Positions 12,954-25,600 of a stretch of 64,000 nt of DNA are shown here, one piece after another (the first letter of the stretch is position 1; each line of letters opens with the position of its first letter). The notes beneath the pieces were generated by a model. The model worked only from the letters and a program-made list of their open reading frames with translations. It was not told the origin of the DNA and did no database searches. This stretch comes from Octopus vulgaris. Lineage: Eukaryota. The position numbers and the translations under genes were made by a program. The DNA lies in contig OX597815.1 of the NCBI GenBank assembly GCA_951406725.2, positions 69,254,001-69,318,000 on the forward strand. Direction: 5' to 3'.

Positions 12954-13027
<74 letters not shown>

Positions 13028-13258
13028 CAGTGTATGTATATATTTGTGTGTCTGTGTTTGTCCCCCCACCATCGCTTGACACCCGATGGTAGTGTGTTTA
13101 CATACTCGTAACTTAGCGGTTCAGCAAAAGAGACCGATAGAATAAGTATTAGGCCTACAAAGAATAAGTCCTGGGATCAATTTGTTCGACTAAAGGTGGT
13201 GCTCCAGAATGGCCGCAGTCAAATGACTGAAACAAGTAAAAGAATAGAAGAATATATA

Positions 13259-14503
13259 TTGGGTCATCCCATAATGCGTTTTTCTTTACTTTTATTTTTC
13301 AAAATTAAGATAAACAAGGTTCGTTTTCAATCTAAAATATACTCTCCCTCATTTTCTACAATGCTCTTCTATCTATCTGGTAGACTTGCAAGGCCCCTCT
13401 TTCAAAATTCACTTGTTCGTGACGAAAAGTACTCCTCCAGTACTATTCTGACCTCGTGTATGTATATATATACATATATATATATATGTGTGTGTGAAGA
13501 CTGCAGAATAAATGATAAGATGGAGCAATGTCCGGCGAATATGGTGGGTGGGGCATCATTTCCCATTCAGCTTTTGGAATGTCATCCCGCTGTATGTGGC
13601 CAAGCATTATCCTGATGGAAGAACACTGTTCGTCTTGAAACTAAAAATGATCGTTTTTCTTCAAGCGCTGACTTAAGCCGCTTAAGCTGCTTGCACTAGA
13701 TCTTTGTAATCGTTTGGTTTGGGTTTATAAGTTGAAAGTGGACTAAACCTTTCTTCTCCCACTAAACAGATAACAACACCTTACGTAGGTGAAAACCTTC
13801 TTTAGTCTGGGGTGCCGGTGTTTCTCCTTTCCCTACCCAATTTCTTCAGCGCTTGATATTTTTATAGAGAATCCATTTCTCGTTACCAGTCACTATTCGG
13901 TCCTAAAAAGGTTCATTCGTGAGACGTGACAGCAACGAAGAATACACATTCACTCACTGCGTGCAATTGGACTCGGAAAGTTTGTGAGGAACTCATTAAC
14001 CCAATTTGCTGACTTTTCCGATGGCACGCAGGTGTCAATGAATAGTTGAATGACCAAATGCATGCTTCTCTGGTAGTTCCTCAACACTTACGATGGGATC
14101 TTGTTCATCTAGGGTTTGCAGAACGTCCTCATCGAGCTCTACAGATCTTCCAGGACGAGGCTCGTCTTCTAAGTTGTAGTTTCCGGCTTGGAATTTCTGG
14201 AATCACCGTTGACACTAGCTTACCCTTATTGTCCGATCCCCATATACTGCATTAATATTCCTTGCACAATCCGTTGCGTTGTTGTCTTTATTGAACTCAT
14301 AAAGCAAAATATGCCGAATATGCCCCTTTGAAAAAATAACTGTTAAACTCAAACAGCACTCTTCAGAACTTGCACTAAGAATAAGTACAGGGTAAAATTA
14401 CTACCTGCCTTCATAGCAAGTTGATGCAAGTAGTTTATCCCGTCCCCCTCTGACTTTTAGTCCATGCAATTGAAAAAACCGCATTATTTATGGGTTGACC
14501 CAA
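13259..14503 (-). mobile_element. Near-full-length degenerate mariner (DD34D) transposon
   Basis: TIRs ttgggtcatcccataa / ttatgggttgacccaa, both flanked by TA. Minus-strand fragments HIRHILLYEFNKDNNATDCARNINAVYG, VPHKL, HQDNAWPH and PHPPYSPDIAPS. Interrupted by a microsatellite at about 13458-13495. Confidence 0.88.
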
Positions 14504-14519
14504 TATGTATATATATACA

Positions 14520-15859
14520 ACCCTACCTCTCCAAAGCCCCATTCTCGAGCCTTTCGGCGACTCCAGTCCGACCCCTCCACTTCGCTCATCTTCTCTAACC
14601 GATCCCTCCCCTCCTTCAAATGAGCCCACAACCCACGAGACCTATCGGTCCACAGCTTCTTCCCTAACCCAATCTCCCAACCCGGCTCGTTCCCCTGCTC
14701 CCGCCCACGCTGCCGCACTTGCTCTTACCTTTCCAACACCACCCTCCTCACCGGCACCCATCATTGACTCTATCACATCACCGACTCCTTCACCTGCACT
14801 TCTACCAATGTCATCTACTGCATCTCCTGCTCTCTCTGCCCTTCTCTATATATCGGGCAAACGGGACGCTGCTTGGCTGACCGGTTCGCGGAACACCTCC
14901 GAGACATCTGACTCGGCAATGACACCCCTGTATCGCGCCATTTCCGCTCTACCGGTCACTCTTTGCAACATCTGTCCGTGTTCGGGTTGTCCTTGCACAG
15001 GGCCCATCCGGACTCCCATTTGCGCCGTGAAAACGGATTAATCTTCTCTCTTCGCTCCTTTGTGCCTCATGGGCTTAACTCTCCTCCCCTCTTCATCTAA
15101 CCTCCTCCCCTCACACCTACTTCCTCCCACTCACTTCTCCTCTCTTGCTCCGACTCCTACTTCTTCTCTTCACTCCTACTCTCGTTCTCTTTCTCTTCAC
15201 CCCTACCCACCTTCTCCTTCCCTCTTCATCGTCACTCCCTCCCTCGTAACCCCACCCACCCTACACATTCCAACCCCACCTTACCTATCCTTCCTATCCC
15301 ACCCACCCCATCCCTCATATCCACCTCTACCCCATCTTCTGCCTGCCCACATACCCCACCCTCATCCTAACCACACCCCCACCCTTGCTTTTCCCACCTC
15401 CCAACACTATCACACCACACCACACATCACCACACTATACACCACTACAACACATCACACCACCACGCACACACTAGCACTAACCACTTCCCAGCCCCAC
15501 ATCTTCACACCTACACACACTCACACGTCAAGGTCACCAGCCATCTTCCACAGGCACATACATACTCTCTTATACACACGCAAGCGCACCATCATTTTGG
15601 GATCACCACTACTTTATTATCTCCCCTTCTTCCTAGCTCTCCTGTGTGACCCTTCTGTCCGGCTTTCACCATGATAGATCGCTAGCCACTACACATTCTT
15701 TATTTACTCTCCTTGTTTGTTTCTTTCTTTCTGTGGAAGAGCGTAGGCTGGAAACGTTAAAGGCTTTTTCACTTCCCGAGCGTTAAACTAATACATCTGT
15801 TTGTTGTCTACACCACCTGTCTTCGTCTTTTGTTTTTTCATGAATTCATATATAATTAT

Positions 15860-15865
<6 letters not shown>
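14520..15865 (+). mobile_element. 5'-truncated Neptune-clade Penelope-like retroelement (GIY-YIG endonuclease, C-rich 3' region, pLTR)
   Basis: PGSFPCSRPRCRTC...FTCTSTNVIYCISCSLCPSLYIGQTGRCLADRFAEHLRDI*...PVSRHF...LIFSLRSFVPHGLN with in-frame stops. The pLTR carries a hammerhead at 15727-15762. Confidence 0.88.
15727..15762 (+). ncRNA. Minimal hammerhead motif (CUGUGGA core variant)
   Basis: CTTT-CTGTGGA-A-GAGC(GTAG)GCTG-GAAA-CGT-T-AAAG; one mismatch in stem II. Confidence 0.55.
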
Positions 15866-15905
<40 letters not shown>

Positions 15906-15934
15906 GTACACACACACATACACACACATATATA

Positions 15935-16992
15935 GTTGAAATTTACAGAAAAACAAAAGACGAAGACAGGTGTAATAGTTTAACGCTCGGGAAGGTGAGA
16001 AAGTCTTTTATGTTTCGATCTTACGTTCTTCAACAGAAAGGAACACGATGAAATATACAGAGAGAGAAGAGAAAAACTTTTGGAACTAGCGGTCAATCAT
16101 GGCAGCTGGTTGGATAAAGGTATTTATACGGGAAAGTTAAGAAGAAGGGGAGATAATAAAGTATTAGTAATCCCAGAACGAAGGTGTGCGTGCGTGTGTA
16201 TGTGAGAGTGTATAAGTGTGTGCGTGTGAGTAGGGGATGGTGGCTTTGACGTGTGCGGGTTTAAGTGGGTGCATCTGTAATGTGTGGGTGTGTGGATGAT
16301 TGTGTGGGTGCTGGGAAGTGGTCAGTGCTAGTGCGTGTGGAGTGGTGTGATGTGGTATGGTGGTGTGTGGGTGGTGTGGCGGTGTTGGGGTGTGTGGGTT
16401 TAGGGTGAGGACGAGGGGGTAGGATGGGGTTTGTGGGAGTGGGATGTATAGGGTGGAGGGTATCGATGACAGGAGAATGTGGGTAGGAGTAAAGAGAGGA
16501 AGTAGGTCTGAGATGAAGAGAGGAGAGGAGGTGAGTCACATGAAGAGGAGAGGGGAGTTGAGTCCATATGGTACAAAGGAGTGAAGTGAGATTAATTCCT
16601 GTTCACGGCGAAGGCGGGAGTCCGGATGGCCCCTGTGCAAAGACAATCCGAACACGGACAGGTGTTATAATGAATGACCGGTAAAGCGGAAATGGCGCGA
16701 TACCAGGATGTCGTTGACGAATCTAATGTCTCGGAGGTGTTTCACAAACCGGTCAGCCAAGCGGCGTCCCGTTTGTCCGATGTACAGAGAAGGACAGAAA
16801 GAGCAGGAGATGCAGTAAACGGAGGAACTGGGAGTAGGGGATGGAAAGCTTGGTGTGGGTAGGGTGGGAGGAGGAGAAGTTGAGGTATGAGTCGGTGTGT
16901 TTGTAGTAGATGGAGGTAGTGAGAGTGGAGTTGTGTATGTTGACCGAAATGTCGACGGAAGTGTTGGAAATGGTGCAGGAGAATTCGAGGGC
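15935..16992 (-). mobile_element. Second, internally deleted Neptune-type PLE facing the first tail-to-tail
   Basis: RT thumb segment FSCTISNTSVDISVNIHNSTLTTSIYYKHTDSYLNFSSSHPTHTKLSIPYSQFLRL is fused by a deletion to YCISCSFCPSLYIGQTGRRLADRF. The decayed pLTR hammerhead (CTGTTGA core) is at 16005-16040. Confidence 0.85.
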
Positions 16993-17911
16993 AACTGTCT
17001 TTGAAGACTCGTATTGTTGAATGCCCGAAATAAGGAGTAGATAGACAGCTGACAACTAACAAAGGGTCGTTTCTCTGCGTTTGTCCTGTTTTCGTACTTT
17101 TCTCTCATGGTTTACGTATTTCAGATTGTTTACACAGTTGATGACGTCCTGTACCCCTATATGCATATCTATCTATATCTATCTATATATATATATATAT
17201 ATAATGTTATTTAATTGAATGCCAGGTATCCATTTCCACGTATGTGTATACACACACACATTCAAGTATCACTCAGCACATTTGGTTGGAGTTGCATATA
17301 TATTTAATAACAGTTTGATTCATCTCCACATTAAAGCTTCGTGGGGATGCAGGAGAAGTCCATCCTATCAGACGTTTAAAGACATATGCCTTCCGTAAGA
17401 AGGACACATTAGAGAATATAGTCGCAGATATGCAAAATGACAGATGGTTTTAGCTTGAAGGCTTTCTTTAGAGTTCTGCACAATTGCAGCTGATCCGCGG
17501 CTCCGTATTTTTGTTTTGTTTTGTTTTCTTTTTCTTTTAGCTTTAGTCAGTATTGAAGGGTTTAATCAAACAAATTGACCTCTATCCCCGTACTAATTTT
17601 TAAGTCTCATACTCACTCTATCCAATTCTTTAGTCGGGGCGAAAAAAAACAACAACAAAAAACATCGGCTGTCAAGCGACCTAGAGGGGGATAAGCACAA
17701 ATACAAAGACACACACACACATACATACACATATATACACGACGGGCTTCTATACAATTTCCATCTACAAAATTCACCTACAAGGCATTGGGCGGCTCGA
17801 GTCTATAGTAGAATACTGAACTCGAAACCACGCAAACGACACTGCCATGCCTGCACTTAAACAGTAATTTTATTCCTCTCTATAAAAAAAAGAAAATGTG
17901 AAAGCACATTT

Positions 17912-18215
17912 CTCAGTGGTTAGAACGTCGGACACACAATCGTGAGGTAGTGAGTTCGATTCCCGGACAGGGCTGTATGTTGTGTTATTGAGCAACTTTA
18001 GTTTACGTTGCTCCAGTTCACTCAGCTGTAGGAATGAGTTGCGACATTACTGGTGCCAAGCTGTATCGGCCCTTAGATAACATCGGTGGCGTCGAGAAGG
18101 GAGGCTGGTATGCATGGGAGACTGCTGGTCTTCCATAAACAACCTTGTGCCTCGGAGGAAAACTTTCCAGGTACAATCCCACGGTCATTCATGACCGAAG
18201 GGTGTCTTGACCCTT
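17912..18215 (+). mobile_element. tRNA-derived SINE
   Basis: Pol III A-box-like ctcagtggttag and B-box gagttcgattccc followed by a non-tRNA body. Decayed relatives at about 8580-8695 and 31235-31350. Confidence 0.65.
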
Positions 18216-18300
18216 TTTATAAAAGGGGTTTATTACATTGAGATAAAACATATCTTGGGGACATGTAATACAGTCGTCTTAATAATTCTTTCAACTATCG

Positions 18301-18521
18301 CAGTGGTTCTTCACCAACGGATCCCTATGATTCATATTTACTCAGATGAACCCCTATAGCCATTCGATGTTTAAAAAATCCTATTACATATTTATAATTA
18401 AATATTATTAGGAATTATATTGAAAAATTGTTGAAGTATTGTGTGTATTGGAGGAGTATAAGCACTTTATTGCACATAAATTTTAACAAAATCTTGTATG
18501 GGGTCCGGTTGGGAACCACTG
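18301..18521. mobile_element. hAT-like MITE
   Basis: Terminal inverted repeats CAGTGGTTCT / GGAACCACTG around an AT-rich core; no clear 8-bp TSD. Confidence 0.55.
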
Positions 18522-18529
18522 TATTTCAG

Positions 18530-19995
18530 CCTCAAGGGACAGGGGACTAGTCGATTGCATCGGCCCCATTGCTCAAGTGGTACTTATTTCATCGATCCCA
18601 AAATGATGGATGACAAAGTTGAGACCAAGAATGTAAAATCGGAAGAAATGTTGCTAAGCATTTTATCCGGCGTGCCGATGATTTCGCCAGCTCACCGCCT
18701 TAATAAGAATAGTAATGGTTTTAGATTTTAGGCAAATTCGGGGGAGGTTGTAAGTCGATTACGTCGAACCCAGTGCTCTACTGGTACTTATTTTATCGAC
18801 CCAGAAAGGATGAAAGGAAAGTGGACCGCGGCAGAATTTGAACTCAGAACGCATTTTGCCCGGCGTGCTAACGATTCTACCTGCTCGTCTCCTTAATAAT
18901 AATAATAATAATAATCTTTTCTACTGGAGTCACAAGGCCTCAAATTTGTAGACTAGTTGATTACATCGATCCCACTGTTTCATTGGTACTTAGTCTATCG
19001 AGCCCGAAAGGATGAAAAGCAAAGTCGACCTCGGCGGAATTTGAACTCAGAACGTAGCGATAGGCGAAATACTGCTAAGCATTTTGTCCAGAGTGCTAAC
19101 AATTCTAATAATAATTTTTTACTTTAAGCACAAGGCCCGAAATTTTGGGTGAGGGAGCCAGTCGATTAGATCAACCCCAGTACGCAACTGGTTCTTAATT
19201 TATTGACCCCGGAAGGATGAAAGGCACAGTCGATCCCGAATTTGAACACAGAACGTAGCAACGGGCGAGGTACCGCTATGCATTTCGTCCAGCGTGCTAA
19301 CGATTTTAATAATAATAAAGAGAAAAGAGATGATACAGGCAGACTCCAGAAAAGGTTTCAGAAAACGACAAAGCAACCATACTCTGGAATATACCAATAT
19401 ACACAGATAGAAAAATCAAGGCTAATAGACCGGATATAGTTGTCAGAGATCATCAAGAAAAAAATGCCTTCTAATCGATAAATCAAGACCAACAGATGAC
19501 ATTGCATCTCTAAAAGAAACGGAGAAACTATTAAAATACAAGGATCTGGAAATAGAAGTAACTCGAATGAGGAGCCTAAAAACAATTCCTATAATAGTAG
19601 GTGCATTAGGTATGATAAAAGAAACAAAACAAAAAAACATTTAGACAAATACATAACCCAAACACCAGAAAATAGCACTACTAGGCATCGCGCACATCTT
19701 ACGTAAAGAACTTTCAATGCAGTGAAAATAACACCACAACAAACTACAGCACATACCCAAGGCATATAGAGCTGTGCTCGGTAATGCAGTGAAAGCACGT
19801 GATAAAAATAAGACTACTGAATAACAATAATAATGATTGCAAATTTTGAAAGGGCAGCCATTTTGCAGGAGGGGATAAGTCGATTTCATCGACCCCAGTG
19901 TTTCATTGGTACTTAATGTATCGACTCCCAAAAGGATGAAATGCGAAGACGATCTCAGCGGAATTTGAAAATAATAATAATAATAATAATAATAT
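18530..19995 (-). mobile_element. Head-to-tail chain of about 5 tRNA-derived SINE copies with (ATT)n tails
   Basis: Repeated minus-strand gagttcaaattccgccgaggtcgactttgcttttcatcctttcggg...aagtacca, separated by (AAT)n. The central segment resembles the MetaSINE core (from recall). Further copies at about 8320-8510, 50050-50570, 53305-53510 and 58020-58212. Confidence 0.8.
19319..19833 (+). mobile_element. 5'-truncated R4/Dong-like RLE LINE inserted in an (AAT)n tract
   Basis: PEKVSENDKATILWNIPIYTDRKIKANRPDIVVRDHQEK..CLLID...KETEKLLKYKDLEIEVTRM...IPIIVGALGMIK. Flanked by aataataata (19308-19317) and aataacaataataat (about 19820-19834). Confidence 0.85.
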
Positions 19996-20548
19996 AAAGT
20001 AAAGAATTGCCTCCCTTAGACCTGTTTCGTTTGTCTCACTTATACAGAAGAAAGTAAATTTATCTCGCTAAATGTTCGAAATAATCCAAAAAGTATAACT
20101 GTATATTAATCTTAATCAATGTCTGACATTCGTAGGCAATGAGACATCAGTTCCATAATCTTCAGGTCTTTGGGTTGTTATTAAGAAGGTACCATTCAAT
20201 GCTTGTGAGTGGAACTTCTTACCAGCTGTTTCCTTCGACTCAAAGTACCTGAGAAATTTGACCAATGAGATTTTAGGTCCTTTATACGAACAAAATCCAT
20301 CCGGAGGAGTTTTGGAAAAGATACTACAATCTCTTCAGTTTATTACTTTTTATAAAAATCCTTTGTATTTCTATATTTTAAACATCAGAAATGACAATTT
20401 TGCTAACAAAAAAAAAAAAAAAAAATGTATTATTTTAAGAAAAATGTTTATTTCTGAATCGGCACAGGTGTGGTTAAGATGCTGCTTTGCAATCACGTGG
20501 TTTCACGTTCAGTCCCACAGCACTGTACCTTTGATAGACGGAAGCTTG

Positions 20549-20584
<36 letters not shown>

Positions 20585-20587
20585 CGA

Positions 20588-20962
20588 AGGCGTGGCTGTG
20601 TGATAAGAAGCTTGCTTCTCAATCGCATGGTTCTGGTGGGAGGGAGAAAGGCACTGTATGACACCTTGGGCAAGCGCGTCTTCTACTATAGTTTTGGGCC
20701 GACCAAAGCCTTGTGAGTGGATTTGGTAGACAGAAACCAAAAGAATGCCGTTGTGTATATATTTAGGTGTGTGTGTGTGTTTGTCCCCACCATCGCTTGA
20801 CAACCGATGCTGGTGTGTTTATGTCCCCGTAACTTTGCGGTTCGGCAAAAGAATCGATAAAATAAGTACTAGGCTTAAAAGGTAAATCTTAGGTGGCGAT
20901 TAAAACCCTCTAAGGCAGTGTTCCAGCATAGCCACAGTCAAATGACTGAAACAAGTAGAAAA
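20588..20962 (+). mobile_element. tRNA-derived SINE with CR1-like 3' tail (abundant family)
   Basis: Head gcgtggctgtgtgataagaagcttgcttc, body caccttgggcaag...ccaaagccttgtgagtggatttggtagac, tail ggcagtgttccagcatagccacagtcaaatgactgaaacaagta. The same head recurs at about 21385, 29845, 35310, 38870, 44865, 46880, 59300 and 60395, with reversed copies elsewhere. Confidence 0.8.
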
Positions 20963-22609
20963 TATATATATGAATATGGTGTTTGTCACCCAGATCGCTT
21001 AACAACCAACCAGTGTGGGTCTGTTTACATCCCTGTAACAAAGCGGTCTGGTAAAACGATAGAATAAGTACCGGGTTTAAAAAGAGAAAAAACGTGGTGT
21101 TGGGGTGGATTTATTCGACTAAGCCCTTCATGGCACCAGCATAGGCACTTAATACCATCAACTGACATTCGGGAATACCTTTAGCAGACTCCACTCATGG
21201 AAACGTTTGACCTAGCTCTGGTTTGAAGATGCCTTTCTCCCTCCCACCAATCTTCTGGTATTTGTCTTGGCTCTTTATATTTTGAGTTCAAGTTCTACCA
21301 TGACCTACCCTTTTGTTACCATATTTCTGTTGTAATACAATTTTGAAAATGAAAAATTTAATAAAATAACTTTGCCATAAGGCAGCAGATGTGGCTGTGT
21401 GGTAAGCATGCTTCCCCAACCACATGGTTTCGGGTTCAGTCCCACTATGTGACACCTTGCCAAGTGTCTTCTACTATAGCCTTGGGCTGACCAAAAGCCT
21501 TGTTAGTGGATTTGGTAGATGGAAACTTGAAGAAGCCTGTTGTACATATGTATATGTCTTTGTCCCTCGCCACTGCTTGACCAACTGTTGTTAGTGTTTA
21601 CACCCCCGTAACTTAGCAGTTTGGCAAAAGAAAATACGTATTAGACTTAAAACAAGCAAGCAATAAAAGATTAAGCTGTTCTTTGGAACATAGATTAATG
21701 AAATTTTGATGAAGTCCTAATGTAGATCACTTCAACACGGATTAAGGCTAGCTTCAAAAGTAACCATTGCATAGTTTAACACTACTATCTCCCACCTCAG
21801 GTACCATAAGTAGAGTCCATTCTGTTGCATATGGACCAGGGTTTCTCTTTTGGGAGTACCTCAATCTCTCCTTCCCACCAGTCTCAGTGATACTGTAAAA
21901 AAATTATGAACAGTTTCCCCATAGTACTTATTTGATTTGGCTGTGCCTGGAGACAATGTAATGCTGGAGACAAGACAAAATCTTTTAAAGCTTAGGATAG
22001 TTGCAGAAGTCACCTTACCAACTAGTCAACATAGCACTCACACAATACTTGGTCACAACTAAAATATATCTTCCAAGTTTTAGAGAAAAAGAGAGAGAAT
22101 ATGTGATTGCTGTTGTTTTTCTATCACCGGAGAATACCCACCTCTTTAAGTGATGTGTTCATAACATGATACCACTGGTTTGCCAGTGTATTTGTGTGGG
22201 TTCTGAACACACAGTGCCTAAAAACATTAATACTAATTCACATTGTATTATAAGGTATTAACAATAGATGCAAGCATGGCGTAATAGCTAAGAAGCACAA
22301 GGCCTCGGGTTCTTAAGCATACGACGGCATCTGTTGGTGTTTTTCTTTTTACTGACCCTGACAAGACAAAAGATAGCTGACCATAGCAGGATTTGAACTC
22401 AGGGTATAGAGTCAGAACAAATACAACAAATCATTCAGCCTGTTGCTCTAATGACTCTGCCAACTCATCTATCTACCATCTCACCCAAGGGCAGGCTACT
22501 TTGAACAAAAAATAGTTAACAATTATCAACATGATAGAAAATGAAATATGAAACAGTAATACAAATTTGACTTCTACCAACAGCAGTTGATGCAAATGTT
22601 CCAAATCTG

Positions 22610-22640
22610 TGAAGAAACAATGGCAGAAGTAGTATTTATT
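22610..22640 (-). terminator. Candidate polyadenylation signal and cleavage site
   Basis: The minus strand reads AATAAA (22640-22635) TACTACTTCTGCCA, then the U/GU-rich TTGTTTCTTC. The CA at 22622-22621 is 13-14 nt after the hexamer. SINE relics resume just beyond. Confidence 0.6.
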
Positions 22641-25600
22641 GAAAAAATTAACATTGGTACAACATCACATATTGGCAGTCACTGGCTGCTGCTAAAATAC
22701 CTACCTTGCAAAATGTCCTCGTGCACATTAGTATGTGATGTCCATATCCACATAACACATTAAATGGAGGAAATATATATACATATATATAAAGCTACGT
22801 AACAAATGAAGTAGACCTCAATATTTTTGAAATAGAGAAATATAATATATAAACATAAAATGCTCACATATAATACTCAGAGTTTCCTAGCAAGCCAAGG
22901 GTATGAAGTTATCTGCTAATTACTGACTGGAAATTTGGTATCTTCATATTTGTTGCTAGCTGGAAACTCCAAGCACTGTGAGCGTTCAATTTTTACATTG
23001 TTGAGCAGTATGTTACTGGTTATGGCATATAACTTAGTCAGAATGTTACCACTGGTTTCATGCTAGTAGGCAATATTACTCCTCAGACAGACAGCAATAT
23101 GTGAATTTGAGGATATGCTCACACAAAAATATTATATACTGAACTCATGATGATGACAATCCTTACTGGTTAAGAATATGTAACTACTTTAAAAAAAAGG
23201 GCAGAATAGCTGGTCTTAGGGAAAGAAAAAGAAGCAAAATTTTAATTAGCTAAAAAGAGAGGAACAGAAGAAATCAGATTTAAAATATATAACAATTTTG
23301 GATTATAAATGAAAAGAACAAAACCTCACAATTTACCAGATATGTGCGCACAAAGACATTCGTTGTAAAATGAAGAAAAAAAAAAGCGACAGCAATTTTG
23401 GTTTACTTTTCCATTTTTTATTTTAACATTTTTAAAATTATTCAATCAATTTTCTTTTCGTCTCCCAATTTCTTCATAAAGTTTTTCTTTCATATCTAAC
23501 AAGACGATGATGATGATGATGATGATTACTGTTGCAGAGAGAAATTCTGTTTTCTGGGATTTTCTTTTTGGAACCGAAAAGAAAAAAAAAGCAACTTTTT
23601 TTTTCTTTCTCTTCCACCCATAGTTGTCAAAGAAAAAAAATACTACATGAAATAAAGAATGAGGGGGGGAAAAAACTTCACAATTTTCATTTCTTCTTTT
23701 TCTTCTTCAGTTCGACAATCTACAGGCTATGTTATGAGAATCTGATAACAGAATTACACATTTCAAAGAATTAAGACATGGAGGAGTGAAAAGTTCAGTG
23801 TCACCACCCAAGAATATCCACAGTCAGTTAAAACAAAGACCTGTGCTTCATGGAAATATTTTAAACTAGGAATCAGGTAAAAAGTGTCTGTGAGCATGAC
23901 ATTAAGAAAGTAATTTCTGCTTACCATGTCAAAAAAACAAAAACAAGGACTATACACATAGACACACACACACACATATATATATACACAAACACATGTC
24001 TGCATGTCATGTATGTATGTATGTATGTATATATATATATACACACAAAATTTGTGTGATTATAAATCCTTCATTTGCCCAAGTACATATACATATTCAT
24101 GTATAAATAAAACCTTCATTTGTTCAAGTATGTATCTACACACACACATATAAATATCCTTCAATGGGTCATATATATATATAGTGTGTGTATGTATGTA
24201 TTTATGTGTATATATATATATAAATGTATGTATGTATGTATGTATATATATATATAATATACATATGTACATACACATATACACACACACACACACACAA
24301 GCATACATAAAAATCCTTTATTGGCTCAGGTGTATACATGTGTGTGTGTGAGTGAGTGTGTGTATATCATGCATAAGTTTTGCTTTCTATTTGTGCCTCA
24401 GGTAAGTGGAGAGGAGAAGAGAACTTAGAACATTTTCTTTTGTTGTGTGGGTCCCCCCTTTCCTTCGTTTTAGGAGCTCAAGCGGTTATGTATGAGGAAA
24501 TACTTTCAGTGTTTATTTCTAAGCAGACATAAAAAAGGGAGGTGGGGATAAAACAATTTTAATTACCACCACACTGTGTACCACATGGAAAGAGGTGTCT
24601 TTCATCTGTTGCAGAAATGACAGAACTAAAACTATATTTACATTTATTTATTTTCTTTTTTTGTAGAAAGAGAAGCTATTCCTGAAGAATTAACTGAAAC
24701 AGGACACATTATAAAAATGGCATGGTTTGTGCAGTGCAAATGCTTGCAGTATATAATGGAACCACAAGTCTTGGCAGTATATGAAGTAAAAGAAAATATA
24801 AGAAATAAACAATAACCTATTATTAATATAATAACTCAAAAATACAGTTCAACATGTATTTTTGTTTTTGTACTCCCTCAAATCCCAAAATATCGATGAT
24901 AGAAAACGATATCACTTCAGATATGAAACCTTATAATGTGATGATATGTCTGTAGATGTTTATCAAATTTTATTTGTTGTTTTAATCTTGGAACCTTTGC
25001 TTAAGCTTGAAGAATTAAAAAAAAAAACTAACAGGAGCTATGTCATTTCACACAAGACTTTAAAAAAACCTGCTGAGTTTGTTCCTGAAGCAATCTTAAA
25101 AAAAAAAAAAAAGATAATGTAGTTTAATAGTAAAAAGTTCTAATGGATTAACATGATGCAGCTCTGCCAAGTGTTATTTCTAAATTTCCTTCCATCTAGC
25201 AACTGACTTAAACAATACTCCAAACTTATCCACAAAAGTCTAAACAGGTGTGGTTTGTTGGAATTATAAATTAACAATGCTCAGTAGTGTTACACTAGAA
25301 AAGTACAACAGCCAACTTCTTGACAGCAAGAAAGAGAAAAAGCAACTCCAAAGCCCAATAATATATTTGTTATATTTTCTTAAAATATTTGAAAAAGAAA
25401 ACAGAAGTGGGTTCTGGATCATTACTGGACCACATTAGTTTGGTTTGGCTTGGGTTGCTTGGCTGAAAAAAGGAAAATGTGCCATTTCACAGCTGAGTAA
25501 TTGGACAGTAAGAGAGGCATCCAGTTTCTAATATATATATAAACCCACTTGCTTTAACAACATGCAAATGTATAAATTTGTAGAAACTATTCAACCTACA

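Noticed and set aside
14505-15674. 178-aa and 204-aa Pro/Ser/Thr/His-rich ORFs
   Set aside because: Off-frame readings of the Neptune GIY-YIG region and its C-rich 3' region.
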